A DNA stretch of 64,000 nucleotides from assembly GCA_034101145.1 (NCBI GenBank), contig JAXEKG010000002.1:81981-145980 (forward strand), given 5' to 3'. The notes beneath the pieces are model-generated. The model was given only the letters and a program-made list of their open reading frames with translations. It was not told the origin of the DNA and ran no database searches. Of the stretch, positions 8,870-19,356 are shown one piece after another. Position numbers and translations under genes: made by a program. Each line of letters begins with the position of its first letter. Position 1 is the stretch's first letter. The stretch is from Eubacteriales bacterium (lineage in GTDB: Bacteria; Bacillota; Clostridia; Oscillospirales; CAG-272).

Positions 8870-11101
8870 TTATTTGGTATTTACGCCCGAGGCGTTTCTC
8901 TGAACCGATATAACGTGAGGAATAGAGCGTATCCTCTGCATTATAGAGTTATAGTGTCCCACGTTTTTGCATGATATCGTCATGTTGAGATGTGCTACGC
9001 CTCCTTGCTTTACCTGCGTATTGAGTTGCGTTATCTGCACTTTCATATCGGCGAGCGTCGCTGATATATCGGCAAGAAGTCCTATAGTATTATCGGCGAT
9101 AATGAGCATTGATGCCTCGTACATACTGCCGCCGATATTACCGTCCTCCCAGTATGCCGAGAGCCATCTTCCGCTCTGTTCCGGATCTGCAATTCCGGAT
9201 ATGGCGTTGGGACAATCCTTTTTGTGAACGGATATTCCGAAGCCTCTCGTTACAAATCCTATTATATCATCACCCGGAAGCGGATTGCAGCATTTAGCGA
9301 ATTTAACCTGACAGCCGCTCGCTCCGTCAACGACGACGCCTCCTTTGGATACCTTGCTTGATACCTTTGCGTTTTTGATATTCTCCATTATAAGAGTATC
9401 GACGCTCTTCTCCTCCTTCGGAACGACGACACGGTTATACTCATCTCTGAGTTTTATAGAGAGTTTGCTCACCGATATTCCGCCGAATCCGACTGCCGCA
9501 ATAAGGTCCTCGGGGTCGTTCATTCCTATGCGCTTTGCAACGTTATCGGTAATGGTATTGAATTCTTCATCCGTATACGTTCCGTAGCGTGATAACTCTT
9601 CTTTTATAGCGTCAAGACCGATACGTATATTCTCACTGCGCTGTTCCTTCTTGAAATACTGTCGTATTTTACTTTTCGCTTCGCTGGTCTTTACGATTTT
9701 CAGCCAATCACGGCTCGGCCCTTTTGCGCTTTGAGAAGTCATTATCTCAACGATATCGCCGTTCTGAAGCACCCTGTCGATCGGCACTATGGACTTGTTT
9801 ATTCTTGCGCCAACCATGCTGTTGCCGACAGCGGTGTGTATGGCATAAGCAAAGTCTATCGGAGTTGAGCCGAGAGGAAAGGAGTAGACGTCCCCCTTGG
9901 GCGTGAAAACGAAGGTCTGGTCGTTGAAAATATCCGTCTTGAAGACGTTCAGGAACTCCTCGCTGTCCATGGCGTCGTCATCCGTCTCAATGAGCTTGGC
10001 AACCCACGCCAATTTCTTATCCAACTCTTCGCTTGACTTATCACCCGACTTATATTTCCAGTGTGCGGCGAGACCATACTGTGCAACCTCGTGCATCTCA
10101 TACGTTCTTATCTGCACCTCAAAGGGGATTCCGTCGTTTCCTATAACGGTCGTATGAAGCGAGCGATACATATTAGGTTTCGGAGTTGAAATATAATCCT
10201 TAAATCTGCCGGGCATGGATTTGAACATCTCGTGCACGATACCGAGCACGGTATAGCAGTCAAGCTCCGTATTCACGATAATTCTTAGTGCGTAAAAATC
10301 GTATATTTCATCAATCGTTTTACCCTGGTTGTACATTTTACGGTACAGACTGTATATCGATTTTATTCTCCCCTCGAGCGTGAATTCTATATGATTTTCC
10401 CTGAGCTTCTCGGATATTTTCTCCGTCGCGGAATCTATCAGATTGCGTGATTTTCCGTATTTTACGTTTATTTCATTCTCGATTTCCTCATAACCCGGAC
10501 GGTCGAGATAATATAGACTTAGGTTTTCAAGCTCGTGCTTTATCTTCTGCATACCGAGCCTGTGAGCGAGAGGCGCAAAAATATACATGGTTTCGAGCGC
10601 CTTTTCCCTTTGCTTATCCTCCGTCTTTGCGGAGAGAGTACGCATATTGTGCAGTCTGTCACAGAGCTTTATAAATATTACGCGTATGTCCTTGGTCATG
10701 GCGAGGAGCATTTTTCTGGTGTTCTCCATATCCTCGCCCTGCTTTTCGTCGATAGCCTTTGCGGCGGTGCGCGTCAGCTTATCGTTTTTCGTAAGCCCGT
10801 CTACAAGAACGGCAACGCTTTCTCCGAAGAGCTTTGATATTGTTTCTATATTGGTTTTGGCAGAGCAATCCTCGACGGTATCGTGCAGGAGTGCGGCGCA
10901 TATAGAGTCGGTATCGAGTCCCATATCCGCAACTATTTCCGCAACGGCAATAGGGTGCGATATATACGGCTCTCCGCTCTGCCTGAACTGACCGGTGTGA
11001 AGCTCCTTTGCGTACAGATACGTTTTCTTGATTTTATCGATGTTGTAGTTTTTTCCGTTCTTCTCGATGATGTCGAGCAGCCCTTTTATCTCATCATACA
11101 T
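8870..11101 (-). CDS. relA: bifunctional (p)ppGpp synthetase/hydrolase
   Basis: The 743-aa protein has an HD domain (HDTVEDC) and a synthetase block (RFKDYISTPKPNMYRSLHTTV), followed by TGS and ACT-like regions. Confidence 0.95.
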   Translation of the reverse strand: MYDEIKGLLDIIEKNGKNYNIDKIKKTYLYAKELHTGQFRQSGEPYISHPIAVAEIVADMGLDTDSICAALLHDTVEDCSAKTNIETISKLFGESVAVLVDGLTKNDKLTRTAAKAIDEKQGEDMENTRKMLLAMTKDIRVIFIKLCDRLHNMRTLSAKTEDKQREKALETMYIFAPLAHRLGMQKIKHELENLSLYYLDRPGYEEIENEINVKYGKSRNLIDSATEKISEKLRENHIEFTLEGRIKSIYSLYRKMYNQGKTIDEIYDFYALRIIVNTELDCYTVLGIVHEMFKSMPGRFKDYISTPKPNMYRSLHTTVIGNDGIPFEVQIRTYEMHEVAQYGLAAHWKYKSGDKSSEELDKKLAWVAKLIETDDDAMDSEEFLNVFKTDIFNDQTFVFTPKGDVYSFPLGSTPIDFAYAIHTAVGNSMVGARINKSIVPIDRVLQNGDIVEIMTSQSAKGPSRDWLKIVKTSEAKSKIRQYFKKEQRSENIRIGLDAIKEELSRYGTYTDEEFNTITDNVAKRIGMNDPEDLIAAVGFGGISVSKLSIKLRDEYNRVVVPKEEKSVDTLIMENIKNAKVSSKVSKGGVVVDGASGCQVKFAKCCNPLPGDDIIGFVTRGFGISVHKKDCPNAISGIADPEQSGRWLSAYWEDGNIGGSMYEASMLIIADNTIGLLADISATLADMKVQITQLNTQVKQGGVAHLNMTISCKNVGHYNSIMQRIRSIPHVISVQRNASGVNTK

Positions 11102-11105
11102 AAAA

Positions 11106-13331
11106 TCACCCGTTTCTCTGCTGCTGCCTCAGGCGTCGCAGTAAATTTGATTTTTCTAGGTCTGTTTTGTTATTTGAAAACTTAAGGCGAAAATGATATG
11201 TATCTCCCTTAATCTCCGTTATGCCGAGCAGATTCATTTCCTGGAAAATGCGGATAATGAATTTCAGCTTAACATATCCTATATCTCCGCTGTACGTGCT
11301 TTTGAGTTTACGTAACATCTGCAAAAGTCCGAGTTCGGATATCCCCGAGCGAATAGAGTTTCTAACAAGATTATATACTGCGGCAAAATCCTCTCTGACA
11401 GGCAAAACGTTGTCATCGGCGGTATACTCTTCACCTGACCATATGCGCAAGAATTTTTCTGATGCCTGAATGAGTTTTTGCTCTTCAGAATCTGATATAT
11501 GCAAATCACGCACAATCAGCTGTATGCTTCTTCTTCCGTTCCATTCGTTTATGTCAAGATTGAACATGATATCTGCGTTTTCTCCGACGAAAAGACCTAT
11601 TGATGACGGGGAACGTGAAAAACACATGGCTGTAAATACCGAATTATCAGCCCTCACCGTCAGCCTCGTATGCTTACCGTCACTTACAGGAGTTATCTCG
11701 AGTATCTGTGCGTCGCGGAGAACGAATACGGGAATCGGATTATCAGTTCCGAACGGTTCAAGCATTGATATTTGCTCTGCCGTATCCATATTTATGAGCG
11801 ATGGTGAAAGCTCCATATCCGCTTCAAGCGTTGGCACGTAACTGTTGTCACTGAGAACTTCTCTCGCATATGCGTTTATTTCTTCCCGGAACGTATCGAG
11901 GCAATCTCTCTCAACCGACAAGCCTGCTGCAAGCTCGTGCCCGCCGAATTTAACCAGACAGTCACTGCAATGCATGAGAGCCTCCATAAGGTTAAGTCCG
12001 CGAACGCTCCTGCCGGAGCCCTTTCCGATGTCTGTCGGCTTTGGCGAAGTCGGGGCGTTACCGTCAAATGAAACGAGAATCGACGGCAAACCGAACTTTT
12101 CCGTTATTCTTGAACAGACTATGCCAATTACGCCGTGATGCCAATCGTTGCTGCCGAGCACTATAACGGGATACTTTTTTGCGTCATAGTCGCTTGGTAT
12201 CATCTCGTATGCTTCTCTTGTTATTCGGTTTTCCTCTTCCTGCCTCTCTTTATTTGCGTCGCATAATTCACGGGCAAGCTCGTCCGCACGCGACTCTTCG
12301 TTCTCAAGAAACAGTTCGACCGCAACGGAGGCTGAACGCATCCTGCCTGCCGCGTTTATTCTCGGTGCGAGAGTAAATCCTATATACGACGAAGTAATCT
12401 TGGTCGGCCTCTGAGACGTTTTTTTTCGAGTAACGACAACGCTCTCTCCCATCTTTGTGGTAAGAGATTTTATAAGAGCGCGCAGTCCGACTCTTTTGGT
12501 ATCATTGATTTGAGTAAGACCGTAGCTTACGATTAGTTTATTCTCGTCCTTTATGGGCATAACGTCGGCAATTGTGCCTATGGCAATCAGATCGGCATAT
12601 TCATCGCATATATCAGTGAGAGCGTCAAGTCTTGTTTTTCCCGAATAGCGTTCCTCATACGCCGTTATCAATTTGAATACCACTCCTACACCGGCAAGCT
12701 CCTTGAAGGGGTATTCGCAATCGTGTCTGTGCGGATTTACGACCGCGGTGGCATCCGGCAATATTTCGGGGCACTCGTGGTGGTCTGTGACAACGAAATC
12801 GATTCCCAGATCCTTGGCATACTCTACTTCGTCGCACGCCGTAACTCCGGTATCAACCGTGATGATAAGTCCTGCGCCGGCGTCGGCTATTTTATCTATT
12901 GCGGCAACGGAAACCCCATATCCTTCGCCTATTCTGTTCGGTATATAATAGGATACGTCCGCTCCCTGTTTGAAAAGATACGTATACAGTGTGCATACCG
13001 AGGTAACTCCGTCAACGTCATAATCGCCGTAGATAAATATCTTTTCGTTTTTCTCAATTGCCGAGTGTATACGCGCTATCGCCTTCTCCATGTCGTTTAA
13101 GAGAAAAGGGGAATGCAACATTTCTTTCTCCATGCGTATGAACGCTCCCGCTTCTTCCGAAGTTAAACAGCCCCTGTTTATCAATAGCTGTGAGAGAACT
13201 TCCCCTACGCCGAGTCTGGAGGATATATCATCTCTGATACGCCTGTTATCTTCCGTATCCTCGTATTTTATTTTCCATTGTCTTGCATTTTGATTTACCG
13301 AATTTATCATCTGTATACTCGCAAACGGCAC
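11106..13331 (-). CDS. recJ: single-stranded-DNA-specific exonuclease RecJ
   Basis: DHH motifs (IFIYGDYDVDGVTS, VVTDHH) and a DHHA1 motif (GGHELAAG) are present. The start is GTG 13331 or ATG 13310. Confidence 0.9.
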   Translation of the reverse strand: MPFASIQMINSVNQNARQWKIKYEDTEDNRRIRDDISSRLGVGEVLSQLLINRGCLTSEEAGAFIRMEKEMLHSPFLLNDMEKAIARIHSAIEKNEKIFIYGDYDVDGVTSVCTLYTYLFKQGADVSYYIPNRIGEGYGVSVAAIDKIADAGAGLIITVDTGVTACDEVEYAKDLGIDFVVTDHHECPEILPDATAVVNPHRHDCEYPFKELAGVGVVFKLITAYEERYSGKTRLDALTDICDEYADLIAIGTIADVMPIKDENKLIVSYGLTQINDTKRVGLRALIKSLTTKMGESVVVTRKKTSQRPTKITSSYIGFTLAPRINAAGRMRSASVAVELFLENEESRADELARELCDANKERQEEENRITREAYEMIPSDYDAKKYPVIVLGSNDWHHGVIGIVCSRITEKFGLPSILVSFDGNAPTSPKPTDIGKGSGRSVRGLNLMEALMHCSDCLVKFGGHELAAGLSVERDCLDTFREEINAYAREVLSDNSYVPTLEADMELSPSLINMDTAEQISMLEPFGTDNPIPVFVLRDAQILEITPVSDGKHTRLTVRADNSVFTAMCFSRSPSSIGLFVGENADIMFNLDINEWNGRRSIQLIVRDLHISDSEEQKLIQASEKFLRIWSGEEYTADDNVLPVREDFAAVYNLVRNSIRSGISELGLLQMLRKLKSTYSGDIGYVKLKFIIRIFQEMNLLGITEIKGDTYHFRLKFSNNKTDLEKSNLLRRLRQQQRNG

Positions 13332-13396
13332 ACGCCGTCTTTCTATTCGTATCTGTTTTGCATTTTACCGTTTTTGTTTTCTCATAATCCGTTCTG

Positions 13397-13846
13397 TTAA
13401 AAATCGTCGCTGTCATCAGAGTGCGCGATAATTTTTGACATATATATACCCGATTTCTTTTGTGCATATCTGCCTATTGTAAAATAAATTATTATAAACG
13501 CAACGGCAAAGCCTCCGATGGCAAAAAGAAACGAAAGTGAGCCTGTAACAGAAAACAGCCTTTCGGCGAGGAGCCATGCTATAAACGCCATTGCTATCGG
13601 AAATAAGAAAACAGCCGCAGCATAAAGGAGTACGGTTTTTGAATCGGCTTCAAGCATGACGGTATCTCCGACCTTTGCCCTGCATACGTTCTCGACTTTA
13701 ACGCTCGTTTTTCTTCTACCACCGCCGAGAGTGCATACGATACATTCCTCTGAATTCTTATGGCAGCTCTCGCATGCCGACATTCGCTTTACCTCTACGA
13801 TAGCACAGTCGCCGATAACCTCCGTAACTTTCCCTTTCTCAGTCAT
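13397..13846 (-). CDS. RseC/MucC (SoxR-reducing system) family protein
   Basis: A 149-aa protein with a Cys-rich N-terminal domain (ACESCHKNSEECIVC) and two TM helices. GGAGGGGAG lies upstream of the ATG. Confidence 0.7.
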   Translation of the reverse strand: MTEKGKVTEVIGDCAIVEVKRMSACESCHKNSEECIVCTLGGGRRKTSVKVENVCRAKVGDTVMLEADSKTVLLYAAAVFLFPIAMAFIAWLLAERLFSVTGSLSFLFAIGGFAVAFIIIYFTIGRYAQKKSGIYMSKIIAHSDDSDDF

Positions 13847-13880
13847 AACAAATCTCCCCTCCTTTTTTGCTTAAATCATA

Positions 13881-15491
13881 TTAATCCTTTGGTGAAAATC
13901 TTGCCATAAGGGCAAGAGCCGTCCTTATACCGTCAATGGATGCGCTCGTTATTCCCCCGGCGTATCCCGCGCCCTCTCCTACGGGATATATATTGTCATA
14001 TCCGAGGGCAAGTCTGTCTTCTCCTCTGAGTATTCTCACCGGAGCACTCGTCCTTGTTTCGGCGCCGGTAAGGACCGCACTTTTATCGGCAAAACCGTGT
14101 ATTTTCAAGTCAAATGAAGAAATCGCATTTCTGAGCGAATTCACGGCAAAATCGGGAAGATACCGGGCGGGAGACGCAAGCCTTACTCCTTCTCCTCCCA
14201 TGTAAGACGGCATAACCCTTGACGGTTCCGTCTTTGCGCTATCATAATTATCACCGAGAAAATCACCGACAGTACATACGGGTGCTGAATAATCCGAGCC
14301 TGCGCATATATAAGCCGCCCTCTCGATTTTCCTTTGAAATTCTATTGCTCCCATCGGCGTGTTGCCGTAATCATCACAAAAAACGGAGACAGCCACTGCT
14401 GAATTGGAGTTTTTCATATCACGGCGACTGTAACTCATTCCGTTTACCACAACGCCGCCCTCTTCGCTTGCCGCCGAAACGACTTCTCCTCCCGGACACA
14501 TACAGAAAGTGTATACGCCTCTCTCTTTCGTGTTATACGAGAGATTGTATTCTGCAGATTTAAGTGACGGATGCGATGCGTATTTTCCGTACATCGCACG
14601 GTCTATATCCTCTCTGAGATGCTCTATTCTGACACCGACGGAAAACGGTTTCGGCTCTATTGAAAAACAAAGCTTCAGAAGTCTCTCGTACGTATCGCGC
14701 GCACTGTGTCCGAGGGCAAGTACTACGGCACCTGCCGGGATTTCCCCACGATTCGTGACGACCGAATATGCGTTTCTGCCGTTTATTTTTATATCCGTCA
14801 TCTTCGTGTGAAACAGTATTTCACCGCCAAGCTCCTCTATCCTCTTCGACATTCCCGATACTATAACACGCAGCTTGTCCGTTCCTATATGAGGCCTTGA
14901 ATTATACATGATGCTTTCATCTGCACCGAAGGAAACGAACGTACGCAGAACGTAAGATGACAGACCGTCATGAATTCTGGTTATAAGTTTACCGTCGGAG
15001 AAAGTACCTGCTCCGCCCTCTCCGAACTGAATATTGGTGTCCGTATCGAGAACACGGTCCCTTTTCAGCGTTTCTATCGCCACGGCTCTCTCATTGACGT
15101 TCCCGCCGCGCTCTATCACTAAAGGTCTGTAACCATTCTCAGCCAAAAGCAATGCGCAGAAAAGGCCTGCCGGTCCTGCACCTACAACTATCGGTCTTTC
15201 CGACAACGGTTTATCGCCGAATGAAGGCGTGGGTTCTTCATCTGCGAGCAGCATAATGCCTTCACGGGAGAGTATGTCTCTATCCTTTTTTGAGAATTCT
15301 CCCCGAAGTGCGACGGAACATACGAAATGAACGTCATTCTTTTTGCGTGCGTCCACAGAACGCTTGTATATATACCCTTCCGACACAACCTCGATACCAA
15401 GTCGCGAGATTTTTCTCTTTGCTGCCGATACGGCGTATTCGTCTTCTCTGTCAAGAGGAAGAGTAATTGACGGTATGATAAACGTCATCAT
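13881..15491 (-). CDS. FAD-dependent oxidoreductase (COG2509-type)
   Basis: It has the dinucleotide fold GAGPAGLFCALLLAENG. The track start 15545 is TTG, and ATG 15491 gives the family-typical N-terminus MMTFIIPSITLPLD. Confidence 0.8.
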   Translation of the reverse strand: MMTFIIPSITLPLDREDEYAVSAAKRKISRLGIEVVSEGYIYKRSVDARKKNDVHFVCSVALRGEFSKKDRDILSREGIMLLADEEPTPSFGDKPLSERPIVVGAGPAGLFCALLLAENGYRPLVIERGGNVNERAVAIETLKRDRVLDTDTNIQFGEGGAGTFSDGKLITRIHDGLSSYVLRTFVSFGADESIMYNSRPHIGTDKLRVIVSGMSKRIEELGGEILFHTKMTDIKINGRNAYSVVTNRGEIPAGAVVLALGHSARDTYERLLKLCFSIEPKPFSVGVRIEHLREDIDRAMYGKYASHPSLKSAEYNLSYNTKERGVYTFCMCPGGEVVSAASEEGGVVVNGMSYSRRDMKNSNSAVAVSVFCDDYGNTPMGAIEFQRKIERAAYICAGSDYSAPVCTVGDFLGDNYDSAKTEPSRVMPSYMGGEGVRLASPARYLPDFAVNSLRNAISSFDLKIHGFADKSAVLTGAETRTSAPVRILRGEDRLALGYDNIYPVGEGAGYAGGITSASIDGIRTALALMARFSPKD

Positions 15492-15612
15492 CGCAGAATC
15501 GAATAAGAAGCGAAAACCCAGATGACGAAAGCTACCGCAAGACAAATAATGAAACGCGGAATTTCCCTTTGATAAATGTATTTATAAGTTCTGAAGTGCT
15601 TAAACACGACCA

Positions 15613-16446
15613 TCACTCCTTTACGTTTTTAACAAGTAATTTGATAAGCTCTTTTTTGAATGTATCGCCGTAATATCCGCGAATAAGCTTATCCCCGCAC
15701 GCTATGGATATTATTTTAGTCTCTTCGGAAACGACTACGACTATGGCGTCGCTTCTTGATGCCATTCCCATTGCGGCTAAATGCCTTGTTCCGAGATCGT
15801 ATTTTTCATTTTTCTCCTCAGGCTCAGCAAGGGGGAGGAAACATCTTGCCGCCGCTATCTTGTTTCCTCGTATAACGACAGCTCCGTCGTGAAGAGGAGT
15901 TCCCTTGTAGAATATCGTACGCAGAAGCTTTGCGCTTACCCTCGAATCTATCTTGATACCCGTGGAAACAATATCGTCCAAATTCTGTGAGCGTTCAATG
16001 ATGATAAGCGCACCGAAATCCTCTCGTGCCAGGTCTGTGACAGCATCGGTTATCTCACCGACCGTCTTGTCAATCTCGCTGTACGAACCTCTCTTCTCAT
16101 TCTTGCCGAAAGGATTGCGGAAAAACTCGTCTATCGCATCCCTGCAATCATTTCTGAACATAATTATTATGGCGATAATCATGAGCTGATATATGGCGAC
16201 CATGAGCGTACCCATAACGTCCATAATGAACAGCTTCGCTATTCCAAGTATAAGAGTCCAAACTCCTATGCATATCAGCATCTTATATGTTTTCTTGTTG
16301 AAAAAGACGATAACGACAAGATAAATCGCAACCGCTATCAACAATATGTCGAGAAAATTTCCGAATGAAAAGTCGGAAAGTCTCTCGCCCGTAAATTCAA
16401 AAAGCCCGGAAAAGTAATCTCCTATTCTTTGAAAAAACTCACCCAT
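15613..16446 (-). CDS. cdaA: diadenylate cyclase CdaA
   Basis: Three N-terminal TM helices precede a DAC domain (DGAVVIRGNKIAAARCFLPL, GTRHLAAMGMASRSDAIVVVVSEET). ATG 16446 lies downstream of the promoter at 16493-16521, and the track start is an AT-rich GTG extension. Confidence 0.9.
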   Translation of the reverse strand: MGEFFQRIGDYFSGLFEFTGERLSDFSFGNFLDILLIAVAIYLVVIVFFNKKTYKMLICIGVWTLILGIAKLFIMDVMGTLMVAIYQLMIIAIIIMFRNDCRDAIDEFFRNPFGKNEKRGSYSEIDKTVGEITDAVTDLAREDFGALIIIERSQNLDDIVSTGIKIDSRVSAKLLRTIFYKGTPLHDGAVVIRGNKIAAARCFLPLAEPEEKNEKYDLGTRHLAAMGMASRSDAIVVVVSEETKIISIACGDKLIRGYYGDTFKKELIKLLVKNVKE

Positions 16447-16492
16447 ATGTTTCACCGTTACCTTTATATTGTAAAATATTTTATTAAAGTAT

Positions 16493-16521
16493 ATTTTATC
16501 ATACATATAAATTAATTTCAA
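16493..16521 (-). promoter_or_regulatory. sigma-A-type promoter for cdaA
   Basis: The minus strand reads TTGAAA (16516-16521), a 17-nt spacer ending in TGa, then TAAAAT (16493-16498). Confidence 0.6.
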
Positions 16522-16685
16522 CACTTTTCAAAGATTTTTACCTTAAAACGTTTCTATGTCACACTTTAAGGTAACAAATACAATCGTAAATGAAAAGAAT
16601 ACTTTTTCCATACCGAAGAAAAATACATATGTCTGCATGATAACGTAAAATTTACTCAAATTGTGAAATCAGAACGAAAAATCTA

Positions 16686-16714
16686 TTGACAAAAAGGCAA
16701 TAATATGCTAAAAT
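16686..16714 (+). promoter_or_regulatory. sigma-A-type promoter for the crp-ABC operon
   Basis: TTGACA (16686-16691), a 17-nt spacer ending in TGc, then TAAAAT (16709-16714). A two-tier hairpin at 16725-16761 lies in the ~70-nt leader. Confidence 0.7.
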
Positions 16715-16792
16715 CTGTATCATATAAGACAGTTTTGCGTTGATAACGTATTTTTGTCTTAAATCAAACAAAGCAAGATAACGGTAAAAACC

Positions 16793-17461
16793 ATGAAATC
16801 AAAAAAGAAGGAACTCTCGGATTTCTTTATATTTTCCGGCCTTGACACGGAGAGTATCGAAAGAATAAAGCAGTCGTCATGCTCCGAAACGAAAGAATAC
16901 GGTTCGAAAGAAGAGGTCTACTCACCCGGAGATTATAAAAAGTCAATAGGACTTATAATATCCGGCTCCGTATCCGTGTATAAACTGTCGGGCGGACGCG
17001 CCACCCTTCTGAACGTTATTTCGGCAGGCGATATATTCGGGCTTGCCGCAATTTTCTCGAAAGAAGAGGACTATCCTACAACCGTTATTGCAAAACAAAG
17101 GACGCAAATCATATTTATCGATGAAGATAATCTTTGTCGAATAATGAGTGAATATCCGACAATATCATTTAACTATATCCGTTTTCTGTCACAAAAAATA
17201 CGTTTTCTGAATGATAAAATAGATTCGTTTACCCGCGCGGGTGCCGAAGCCAAAACCGCAAAATTTTTGCTGGACGAATCTAAAAAACAGCAAAGCGAAG
17301 AAATTACCGTAAAAAACATGAGCGCTGCGGCAAACTACATCGGAACGGCACGTGCATCTCTGTACCGAATCCTCGACTCCCTTGCGGATAAAGGGGTACT
17401 CAACTACTCATCGAACAAAATAAAAATTTTGAATAAAACATATCTTGAAAGGTTGAAATGA
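16793..17461 (+). CDS. Crp/Fnr-family transcriptional regulator
   Basis: A cNMP-binding-like N-terminal domain is followed by a C-terminal HTH (AANYIGTARASLYRILDSLADKG). Confidence 0.8.
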   Translation: MKSKKKELSDFFIFSGLDTESIERIKQSSCSETKEYGSKEEVYSPGDYKKSIGLIISGSVSVYKLSGGRATLLNVISAGDIFGLAAIFSKEEDYPTTVIAKQRTQIIFIDEDNLCRIMSEYPTISFNYIRFLSQKIRFLNDKIDSFTRAGAEAKTAKFLLDESKKQQSEEITVKNMSAAANYIGTARASLYRILDSLADKGVLNYSSNKIKILNKTYLERLK

Positions 17462-17464
17462 ATC

Positions 17465-18472
17465 ATGAAAAAACTACTTTCGCTTATACTCGTTATAGCA
17501 ACTCTGGCGATAACTCTTCTCACCTTCTCCTCTTGTTCAAAGGATGAGACGGAACTCCGAATCGGTGTCCTTAACGGAACGACTGGAGTCGGAATTGCAA
17601 AACTCTATCAGGACGTAAATTCCGAAGGAAACACAAAAAACTACAAAATAACGATATATTCAGACGTAACTACGATTAAAGCGGATATTGCGGCAGGCAA
17701 TATTGACGTGGCAGCCATGCCTACCACAGATGCCGCTCTCTATTACGCCAGCGAATATCAACAGGCAAAACCGATACAGATGCTCGCAGTTAACACTCTG
17801 AGCGTTCTCTACGGTGTAACATCACAGGACGGTATAAATTCGCTGTCCGATCTTAAAGGAAAGACAGTCTGGCTCCCTACTCCCGAGGGACAAGGTCCGG
17901 ATGCCGTATTCAGAGCTCTTCTTAAAAAGAACGGAATCGAAGTAGGTGAAGGCACTGACAAAATAAACGTCCAGAATGCCGCTAACCCCCAGGCCCTTAT
18001 GGCTCTCGTGGCAGTTAAGGGAACGGCAAAAATTGCAATAATGCCCGAACCTCTCGTAACCAACGCAACGGCAAAAGCCAAGGAAAACAACATAACCCTC
18101 AAAACGTTTATGGACGTAGGAGCAGTTTGGGGTGATGAAAATCCGATTGCACAGGGATGCCTTGTCGTTCGCTCTGATTTTGCAAACGAACATAAGCGAC
18201 TCATATCCGATTTTCTCGACGATTACGAAGATTCCGTCGAATATATGACAAAGGAAGAAAATCTTGACGAAGCGGCAAAAATCATAGGCTCGATAAAGGA
18301 CCTCAACATGGCAGAGGCTGTCGCAAAGCAGGCTCTTCCGAAGTGTGCTCTCGTATGTATCAAAGGAAAAGAAATGAAGAATACCTTAAAGCCGTTCTAT
18401 CAGGCTCTCTTCGAAGTAAACGAGTCCTCAATCGGTAAAAACCCCGACGACGATTTCTACTATACAAAATGA
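17465..18472 (+). CDS. ABC transporter substrate-binding lipoprotein (NMT1/SsuA-like)
   Basis: It has a signal peptide with a lipobox (LLTFSSC) and a periplasmic-binding-protein-like body. It starts 3 nt after the crp stop. Confidence 0.75.
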   Translation: MKKLLSLILVIATLAITLLTFSSCSKDETELRIGVLNGTTGVGIAKLYQDVNSEGNTKNYKITIYSDVTTIKADIAAGNIDVAAMPTTDAALYYASEYQQAKPIQMLAVNTLSVLYGVTSQDGINSLSDLKGKTVWLPTPEGQGPDAVFRALLKKNGIEVGEGTDKINVQNAANPQALMALVAVKGTAKIAIMPEPLVTNATAKAKENNITLKTFMDVGAVWGDENPIAQGCLVVRSDFANEHKRLISDFLDDYEDSVEYMTKEENLDEAAKIIGSIKDLNMAEAVAKQALPKCALVCIKGKEMKNTLKPFYQALFEVNESSIGKNPDDDFYYTK

Positions 18473-18546
18473 TAACAAAGTCAAACGCAAGTATAACGTC
18501 AATAATCCAAAATTAACGTATAAGGCAAAATGCAGAGCGTACAACG

Positions 18547-19356
18547 ATGAATATGTTCAAAAATAATAATACAGATATCAGAGCTCGGTATACCTCACTC
18601 TATTGGAAAATCGTAAATTCCGTGATATACCCTCTTTGCGCATTTACCTTTTGGACTATCTTGTGGTTTATACTTTATAAAGCAATCGGAATGAGCTTTT
18701 TATTGCCGTCGCCCTTCAAGGTGTTTTTGCGGTGCTTCTCTCTTTTTTCCGAGGGCGGCTTTTATATAACTGTTCTTATGTCGGTCACACGTGTCATTCT
18801 CGGTTTTCTCACAGGTGTAATAATCGGTATAATTCTTGCCCTTCTTATGAATATTGGACGCCCCGCTTATGCAATTATATCTCCCCTCCTCACCGTTATC
18901 AAATCTACCCCCGTAGCTTCTTTTATAATTCTTCTTTGGGTATTTATGCCATCCGGAATACTTCCGGGCATAATCGGCGCGCTCGTCGTTATACCCATCG
19001 TTGCACAGAATGTATACTCAGGGCTTGCAAACGTTGATAAAAGCCTTGTAGAAGTGGCAAAAATATATGATTTCACGACAGAAAAAAGGCTAACTTATAT
19101 AATTATACCGTCGGTATACCCGTATTTCACTTCGGCAGCATTAACGTCGATAGGCATGGCGTGGAAAGCAGGGGTTGCTGCGGAGGTACTCGCATACGTA
19201 AAGAATTCACTTGGAAAAGAGATATTTCTCGCTAAGAGCAACCTAAATACCACTGATTTATTTGCATACACACTCATAGTAATTATTCTGAGTCTGATTA
19301 TTGAAAAAACAATCAAGCATTTCATTCGAAAGGTAAATGTAAAATATGCAAAATGA
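18547..19356 (+). CDS. ABC transporter permease (SsuC/TauC-like)
   Basis: About six TM segments and an EAA-type loop (EVAKIYDFTTEKRLTYIIIPSVYP). Confidence 0.8.
   Translation: MNMFKNNNTDIRARYTSLYWKIVNSVIYPLCAFTFWTILWFILYKAIGMSFLLPSPFKVFLRCFSLFSEGGFYITVLMSVTRVILGFLTGVIIGIILALLMNIGRPAYAIISPLLTVIKSTPVASFIILLWVFMPSGILPGIIGALVVIPIVAQNVYSGLANVDKSLVEVAKIYDFTTEKRLTYIIIPSVYPYFTSAALTSIGMAWKAGVAAEVLAYVKNSLGKEIFLAKSNLNTTDLFAYTLIVIILSLIIEKTIKHFIRKVNVKYAK

Noticed and set aside
15492-15545. ORF-track N-terminal extensions that begin at TTG or GTG. Affected genes include the FAD protein, cdaA, murA, DUF3810, CPBP, VanZ, cysS, the SAT-like gene, nifS, gdhA, hisJ, yabP and GT8-A.
   Set aside because: In each case an internal ATG with a GGAGG-like SD, a family-typical N-terminus, or a promoter or terminator inside the extension supports the shorter gene. 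The extensions are AT-rich leader sequence.
3160-16446. MazG, RelA and CdaA lie within 13 kb, which could be read as a nucleotide-second-messenger stress or defence island.
   Set aside because: Each gene sits in its conserved housekeeping context (yabN next to the yabM-like flippase, recJ-relA-dtd, and cdaA with its own promoter). Nothing links them beyond proximity.
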